Program-made: the position numbers and the translations under genes
Origin: Lophium mytilinum
Taxonomy: Eukaryota
DNA length: 64,000 bases
Direction of reading: 5' to 3'
Assembly: GCA_010093605.1 (NCBI GenBank)
Contig: MU004197.1
Span: 62,001-126,000, forward strand
Part shown: piece after piece, positions 56,500-64,000 of the stretch
Numbering within the stretch: the first letter of the stretch is position 1
Layout of the letters: each line of letters begins with the position of its first letter
The notes under the pieces: model-generated
Database searches by the model: none
What the model was told of the DNA's origin: nothing
Seen by the model: the letters and a program-made list of their open reading frames with translations, nothing else

Positions 56500-59330
56500 T
56501 ATGCAGTGAAAACTTCAGTGCCTTTTGACCCACTGAAAACTTGTTAGCCGGGGTGCTCCTCACGGTGGCGCCGACCGAGCAAGAAGAGAGCATAGGCCTT
56601 TCGACTTGGTGCTGCTGTAAATTCAGCGCTTTGGTAGTATTTAGTAGGTCGACAAGGTTCAGATTAGACAACCTTCTAAAGGACTAAAACTTTGCTACCT
56701 TAGGTACTTCTTACGATGGCGCCCACTAAGTAAGGAGAGAACACGGGCACCTTTTTTTAGAACTACGGTCTTTTATATGCTCTAAAGGTAGTAAGTAGAT
56801 TGATAGGGTTTAGATTAGACTACCATGTGATGAACGGAAGTCTTGCTGGCTGGGGTATCCACTACGTTGGCACCGACTGATCATGGGCCGAGCACGGGCA
56901 TCTTGGTTCAGCACTACTGTATCTCCAACACTTCATATCCAATTGAAAGGTCGACGAGGTCGACATTAGACCACCTTTTAGCCCGCTAAACGCCTCCTAG
57001 TTGGGCTATTCTTTACAGTAGCTTCGGCCGAGCAAGGAGAGAACAGGGGCCTCCCTATTCAGCACTGCGGTGCCTCCAATACATCCAAAGTGTTGAGACG
57101 ATCGACGAGGCTGATACTAAACATCCTTTCGGCCCGCGAAACACCTGCCAGTTAGGCGACTCCTTACGGCGGCGTTTAGCAAGCAAAAGTAGGGCCTTTG
57201 TAGGGGCATAATCGGAGGCGCGAAACGCTGGCCCAGAATTAAGCAATGAGAGAGAGCAACATCCGACGTAGTAGAGATAGGGTACTACTTAACTAGTTTA
57301 ACGGCAGCTGGCGGGGCCACTCCTTACCCCGGCAATGAGCAGCAGAATTAGGGGTATGCTGTAGCAAAATAGGGTAGCACTATATCTAAGAAAGCAGGTA
57401 GTAATATATTATAAATATTCAACGGAGAATAAATGCAGGTACCCCCTAGCTAGCTTAGTACTTATTAGAGGGGGTACTCTTTACGGCGGCAGCAAGTAAG
57501 TAGAAGCGATGCGTTAAAGTAGCATATATAAGTGCGTAAACTTTACACCTATACCTATTATAAGATTACAATCTATAAACTCTAACCTATAGAAATTAGG
57601 CTACGTTGTAACTACCTAAATACTAGCTAGCGGAGACGCTCCTTGCAGCGCTATTGGGCGAGCAAAAAAAAGCTATACATTTATATATCCGTGCCACTTG
57701 CATTCTTCATCTAGATTTTTTCTCGAACTAAGGTAAAAAGTTTAGTGTCGTAAAAACTAGGCTACCTCTTTATATCCTAATCACCTATAACCTGGGGCAC
57801 CTCTAAGGGCGGTATTAAGCTAGCACAAGTAGAAACTATATAGCCGAATCTTTCGTGCCTAAACCTTTGCTCTAGAGATATAGGATAAACATAATATCTA
57901 ATCCTTGCAATTTACTAAAGAACGATCGTGGAGGGATGGCGCTGGTGGCTATTAGTAGAGACCGTGAGGCGTGTATACATCTCGAAAAGTCCTTAGGGGC
58001 GTAGGCACCTTAGTTGAGCTCGTAGTCTTCTTCGTACTTTTGCCTTTCTTCTCCTTCTCCTCCTCCTTCTCGGCAGCTGGCGGGGACGTGGCGAGGGCGG
58101 CGGCAGCTAGACACAATCCCGCGACGGGATTCGGCGGCGAGGGCGCGACGGAGGCGGCGTGCGATCTTCCATCGCCTCGACCAGAGCCTCTTGCAGACGG
58201 TGACCGGGCCCGACCAGGATGATTATCGTTTCAACCGCAACTAGCAAACTCGATACAGTAAGATCCAGGTTACCATTTAACTTGCTGGAGGACCTGTTCA
58301 CCGGGCCACTCCGCACGGTGGTATTAGGTGAGCAAAGGTAGAACCCGTGGAGCGCGGAATCTACGTTTCCTACCGTCCAATACGGATTTGCGCGAGCAAC
58401 CTAATGTCGAGTTCGAGACCGTGGAAATTAGGCTACCTTTTGTCCAGCTAATTACGTAGTAGTAGGGGTGCTCCTTACGGTGCTATTTATAGAGTAAAAG
58501 CAAAGGTAATATAGCCGTATTCCCACTCATACATCCTTCTTAGCTAGATCTATAAGATGTTTTTCAAGACGATCGAAACTGAATTCCCTTTTGACCAGCT
58601 GGTTACCTGTTCTAGGGGGCACTCCTTACAGTGGCATTACGCGAACGATGTTTCAAGCTATGCAGTACGAAATGCGCGTATCTCGCCTTCTGACCTAGAT
58701 CTAAGATAGGAACTTGATTCAAAAAGCGAGACGGTCGATACTAGGCTACTTTTTGCCTGGCTGATTACCTGCTAGTGAGGCTGCTCCTCACGGTGGCGTT
58801 CATGTAGCGAAATTGGATACTATACAGCCGTATTCCCGCGTATACAATCTTTTGAGCTAGAGCTACAATAAGAATTCAATGTCAGGTTCAAGGCGGTTGA
58901 AATTGCGCTCCCTTTTAACCAGTTGATAACGTCCTTACGAGGCCGCTTCTTACGGTGGTATCGCGCAGGCAAAATAGGAGTCTATGCAGTAAAGAATGCG
59001 CGTATCTAACCTTCCGATCTAGATCTAGTATTGAAACGCAATATAAGAATCAAGGCGGTTGAAACTAGGTTATATTTTGACAGACTAGACAACGGCTAGC
59101 GGGGATACTCCTGACGGTGGTATTGGGCGTGCAAGATCGATAAATAGGCAGTGAGATATCCGCGTATCTAGTCTTCTGTCTCATCTCCACTGTAGACATT
59201 TAAGGTAATATTCAAGGCTATAGATATCAGGGCTACCGTTTAACACATAAGAGACGTGCCACCTGAGGTGCTCCTGACAGCGGCACTAAGCATGCAGGAA
59301 TAAGAAACTAACAGTGTTATATCTAGGGTC
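56500..59330 (+). repeat. Large diverged tandem array, ~16 cores, unit 151 or 160-163 bp, with one ~340-bp interruption
   Basis: Core positions 56565, 56716, 56867, 57018, 57169, 57329, 57486, 57648, 57809, then 58318, 58480, 58631, 58793, 58955, 59117, 59280. Confidence 0.9.
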
Positions 59331-59651
59331 CTATCGCATGACCTAGTACTGTAAAAAGTAAGGCCACGACGTTACGGTGTTCAAATCACGCTGAGATTGC
59401 ACAAGGTAGTTATAGAAGCACTTTTGATCTACAGCTCGTCCTTCTCCACCAGCACGCACCCCCCAGCTCACTCCTATACAGTCCATTGTAATAACACACA
59501 GCTGTTAGGCTGCACGTCGTAACTAGAACCATACAGGAGCGAGCTGGTATATACTTATACAAATCCCAACGCCTCCCAAAACAAGCAAGCAATGCCGGAA
59601 ACAACCCACAAGACCACCATATCGTGCCCACTACTGCTCAATCTGCCTCTC

Positions 59652-62600
59652 CTACTGCTCTTTGTCGCGCTCCTTTTGAAGAAACTCCTTAGCCTTCGTC
59701 CATGAGTTCTTGATCTCATGCTTAATGTTCTCTTTATAGTCGTCCAGCTCCCGACAATCAGCGGTCAATTGGAGGTACTGATCGAAGGCGTATGCCTCCC
59801 TCTCGATGCTAAACTTCACAAGTTGGCGATCATTCAACAGGGGCTGTCCGCCGTGGAGATCAAGCCCATTCTTCTTCGTGTAGCTATCGTATATGGCAAC
59901 GAGGCGCTTGCGCCGTCGCGCAAAGTGCTCTTGTTCCAGCGCTGGCCAATCCGAGGCGAAATCGTTCAGATTTGGGAGCTTCGCAGCCTGCGTTGGTTGG
60001 AGTGAAATGAAGGTTACAAACTTCCACCAATACGACGCTCCGGATGTCCGGAAGTTGTTCTTCTCTTCCAACATCTTGTTCACGTACGCGTCTTTCGTGC
60101 GGTTGTTGTTGTAGAGCGAAGACTCTTGGGCCGAGGCCAAACGCGCGAGCTGGGGGTCCGTGAGCAAGCGTGCGCCATTGCGAGGGAACAGGTGGTTGGC
60201 CGACTGATAGGCGTTAAGAAGGGTGCGCAGACCGGCCTCGCGAACTGGGCGGCGTACACACTGTCCTTCGGGAATCATGTCTCCGTTTTTCTGATGCTGT
60301 AAATCGAACGGTGCCTTCAGGGGGGTATCCGGGAGGGGAGGGAGGCTAGGGGCGGGTAGGAGAGGAGGAACTACCGCCTGATTTGCAGGCTGGTGGCCAG
60401 ATCTGTCTGTTTCGCTGGGCAGAGAGCGATCTTCTTGAGCGACGTTCGAAATCGCGTTGGAGCTGCCAGGTACTTGCTGGGCTGAAGAAAGCACCGCCGA
60501 AGTCACTCTGACAGTGGCAGCAGGCTGATAAACAGAAGCTTGATTACGAGGGTCGCTGACGTGGCTAGTCACAGTGCGGTCTTCTGGCGCTGCGCTTGGA
60601 ATCGCGCACGATTCGCCAGGTACTTGCTGGGCTGAAGGCTCCACCACCGGCGCCACTCTGACAGCCGCAGCCGGCTGGTAGAACGGGACGGGAGCAGCTG
60701 CGATTTGCGGACCGGAGTTCTCCCGAAGCAAATCCCTCGCAACATTTGCTACTGTTTTCCAGCGCGCTGGATCTGTGAGCGCTACCGTGAAGAATCGCAC
60801 ATTATCGCTGATCTTCTGACGATAGTCGTGGAGGTTCTTGGCCCTGGTAACCAAATTCTTCTCATATCGCTGTATGAACGTGGCGATTTCGTCTTCAGTT
60901 ATGTTATGGTACGTATCGCGTAGTTTAACCAGGATGTTGTAGAACTCCGTCAAACCAATCGTTCTTTCGCTCATGTAGGCAACTCCGGGAACAGGCAAAG
61001 GATTTATTGCCAGAGGTAAGACGAGGCGCCCATGGAGATGCTGAGATTCATGCGCGGAAACATCGTTGGAGAGCGGGCTAATCCTAACGTTAGGTGTCAA
61101 GACCGCTTGGCGGGCAGTTGAAGCTGCTTGGGCGGATGTGAAAGGGTCAACAGCGTCGCCATTTTGACCGAGCCCGCCGATTATCTCCTCATCACCTTCC
61201 CAGTCACGTGTTTCGTCGCGCATTTCTGAGTCAACGCCTTGGTGGCTGGCATCGACCCGCGGAGCTGGGGTGGTGAGCATCGCATATTGATTGAAGCTCG
61301 GCAATGTAGGAGGGCGCGCAAGGAGTGCGGGTTGAGCGGGGTTGAAGAGACTCGGAAGCACAGTATTCGAGGTGCTGATGGCATCCGCAGATACTTGCGC
61401 TGTAGTCGGCAGCATCGGGTTTCGAGGTAGATCCTGAAATGGATGGCCAGGCGCGGGACCCACATGAGTGCTCAATGGCACTGGCGGAGAGAACGTGAAC
61501 GATGGAGTATTCAAACCAGAAAATGCGAACGGCTGAGGAGTAAGACCAGAGAATGCCAATGGCGGAGGAGTAAAACCAGAGAATGCTGCTGGCTGAGTCG
61601 CCAGACCAGAAAATGCCACTGGTTGAGACTTCAAACCTGAGTTGGAAGGTAGTTTGTAGCCATCCATCTGTACGTCTCCAACATCAGGATAATTGTGCTC
61701 AGGCTCGGCCAACTCTCCTGCGTCATCAGCTGCTTCTTCAAGCGCGTTGATATTGCTATCTTCTTGCATTGGATGGTCGGGCTGCGCAGTATTACTAGCA
61801 CTCTCGCTGGGCGGAGCGGCTTCCATGGCACCGTTGCCACCATGAACGGCGTCGTCGTCCTCCTCAAGCTCGGCCAACTCCCCTGCATCATCAGCTACGC
61901 CTTCAGTCGCGTTGATATTGACATTTTGTTGAATTGGGGACCCGAGCTGCGCAGCATTATGAGCATTCTGGCTGGGCGAGGTGGGTTGCACGACACCTTT
62001 GCCACCATTAGCGGCATCACCGTTGTCCTCAGGCTCTGTCAACTCCCCTGCGTCATCAACTGCGCCTTCAGCCACGCCCATATTGCTCGTCTCGTGAACT
62101 GGAGACACAGGTTGCGCAGCATTGAGAGTACTCTGGCTGGGTGGGGTGGTTTGCGCAACACTGTTGCTACCATCAGCGGCATTGTCGTTGTGGTCAGACT
62201 CGTCTCCCTGGGGCTGTTCATCGCGAGAAACAGCATGATCGGGATGCTCATCCTCTGCATTGGAGTCCAGGCCTTGATGTAGCCGGTCGTCTTCAGGGGG
62301 AAATCCGGAAGAACCGGAATTAGAATTGACCTCGACCGTGTCTTCCTTCTCCGCGGAAGCCCCATGTGACTGTTCCGGGTCGCCAATGTTCTGCTGCGCT
62401 GCTCCAAGGTCACCACTATGGCTTGCCTCCATATGGGGGCGCTCGAAGGCGGCCAATGCTTCAGCAACCTGCTGGGAAACCTGCTGGGAAACCTGCTGGG
62501 AAATCTGTTGAGCCACGGTAGCACTCAAGAAGGTCTGGAACTCGTGACTGCATAAGCGCTCATCGACAGCAGCCTTGATATCGCGAGCGCGGTTCGCATC

Positions 62601-63696
62601 AGCTTGCTCAAGAAACGCATCAAGTTGGGCTACTGCAGCATTGGTCTTGGCAAACTCCTCTCCTACCATCTTCCAAGCAGCGTCGAGTTTTTGCTTCTGT
62701 TCCAGGTCTTGGGACACGATATCGTCTATCCGCTTGTTTAGTGACAGAGCTGATAGCGACGCTTTCTTGATGTCGGCGCGAAGGGCCGAGATGCACGTCG
62801 ACCCACTTGAGACGCTTGTTTCGTTCAACTTGGAGACATTCTCGTTGAGTGACTTTGTGGTATTTTGGAGCTCTTGCATGCCTTTGCGCAGAATGCCAAT
62901 CTTGCTGGTGTGGTCGTTAGATTTCTCTTGGAGCGTGTCGACTTCTTCTCGTCCGAACGATGGCCTCGCGATTTGCTTCTTCAGATCTGAGACGTCTTTT
63001 CGGAGTGATGTGAACTTCTTTGACCCTTCCTTGATGCACTTGCGCTCCAAGTCACGGACTTCCCAAGAGATACTGTCCATGCGCGTAGTCATCTTGTTCG
63101 CAGCTTCGGTGGCAGCCTGATCAACTTCCTTGGCAGTCTCATCACCCTTCTTAACCATGTCTTTCGCTTCCGCGACATCAGCTTTAGCCTCCGAAGCATC
63201 CTTTGCCGTCTTCCTGACCAAGGTCTCCAGAGTCTTAAAGGAATTGTGTTCATGCAGGTGATTCTTGTGAATGAAACCCGCGCTGACCTCGCCCAGGTCT
63301 TTCCGGATGGAGCGTTGATGGTCCTCCAAAGAACCGAAGCGGTCGTCTAAGCTAGTAAAGCCACCTATGCCCAGATGGTGTCGGTGTGTTGGGTTTGCGG
63401 CAACGGCGACTTCATCAGCGATTCTTTTGTAGTTCCACTCCTCGTTGCCGTGTAAGAGCTCTTCCACCTCACTTGTCCGTTGTTCCACCTCAGTGATCCG
63501 GTCTTCCACCTCTTCCAGAGTATGTTGTCTTGCCGGGAAAAACTTGGTATGGGGGTCGGCATCGTGCGCGTGCATATGGCGGGATCGGGAAGGTATGTAA
63601 CTGAGGATGCGTCCCAACTCAGCTCTCTTGGCGCGGCGTTCTTGACGGGCCTTCTCACGTTCCAAACGGACCTCTTCGTCTTTGGGGTCGATTTTG
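59652..63696 (-). CDS. Large coiled-coil protein with internal repeats and C-terminal KIX-like helical repeats; 5' exon not identified
   Basis: 4-kb ORF preceded by branch site GCTAAC and acceptor TAG at 63697-63699. Coiled coil, ~55-aa repeats, 10-aa AFSG repeats and three E..(L/A)(Y/F/V)...Y helical units. Confidence 0.75.
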
Positions 63697-63769
63697 CTAT
63701 AGTGTTGTTAGCAATTGCATGCTTCTGTGACGCTTATGAAGTACAGTGACAGGCCGCAAGTCTAGGCAC

Positions 63770-63930
63770 ACCAGTACGCCACTGCTTGGGGTACACCCAG
63801 AGGATCTCGAAGACTCAAGGGCAATGTCAAGCTTCAAGCAGTGCAGATTAGACTGCCTCTTGACCAATTGCCTGCTCAGCAGCCAGGGCACTCCTCACGG
63901 TGACGTTGAGTGGTCAAGCTGGAGCCGAGC
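63770..63930 (+). repeat. Dispersed copy of the repeat family (long-flank subtype)
   Basis: gattagactgcctcttgacc...cagccagggcactcctcacggtgacgt aligns with 51750-51890 and with the reverse complement of 17810-17930. Confidence 0.85.
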
Positions 63931-64000
63931 TGCAATGAGTCCGTGTGCCCAGACTTGTAGCCCAAGACCGTACCACATATCGAAGGGAGTTCCATGGTGA

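Noticed and set aside
34021..59330. CRISPR-like interpretation of the conserved-core arrays
   Set aside because: The sequences between cores are homologous to each other along their length rather than unique spacers. The cores are degenerate, the context is eukaryotic and no cas genes are present.
44900..63750. Numerous 60-210 aa plus-strand ORFs overlapping the large minus-strand genes (also at 1.2-3.7, 8-11.5, 18.4-23 and 28-31.6 kb)
   Set aside because: These are antisense or alternative-frame shadows of GC-rich, low-complexity coding sequence.
1..64000. Transposase, reverse transcriptase, Starship tyrosine-recombinase captain, tRNA or rRNA genes
   Set aside because: No recognisable motifs, terminal repeats or RNA folds were seen by eye. 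Highly decayed elements cannot be excluded.

Overview
Eukaryotic DNA from a filamentous ascomycete (Pezizomycotina-like), judged from 51-71 nt GT-AG introns with CTRAC-type branch sites, RIP-like C>T decay and a fungal-type PIG-P/GPI19 gene. Only PIG-P (42953-44134) is a recognisable housekeeping gene; the rest looks accessory. The left 26 kb holds three tandem, highly diverged copies of a head-to-head two-gene cassette, plus a possible decayed fourth copy. Each cassette has (i) a large minus-strand gene encoding degenerate FHA, pseudokinase (with a WW-like insert in two copies), KilA-N/APSES-like DNA-binding domain and a low-complexity tail, and (ii) a plus-strand disordered, NLS-rich partner. 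Intron position and phase are conserved within each family. The middle holds an F-box gene, a RIP-like inactivated F-box paralog, an unknown gene and a disrupted P-loop GTPase-like gene. The right 20 kb holds three very large coiled-coil/low-complexity genes; two are TM-anchored paralogs and one has KIX-like repeats. A diverged repeat family runs through most intergenic spaces. It forms tandem arrays with unit lengths of about 151 or 161-163 bp around a quasi-palindromic core (GCCACT-N6-RGTGGY), the largest at 34021-34690 and 56500-59330. All domain calls were made by eye; no database search was run.
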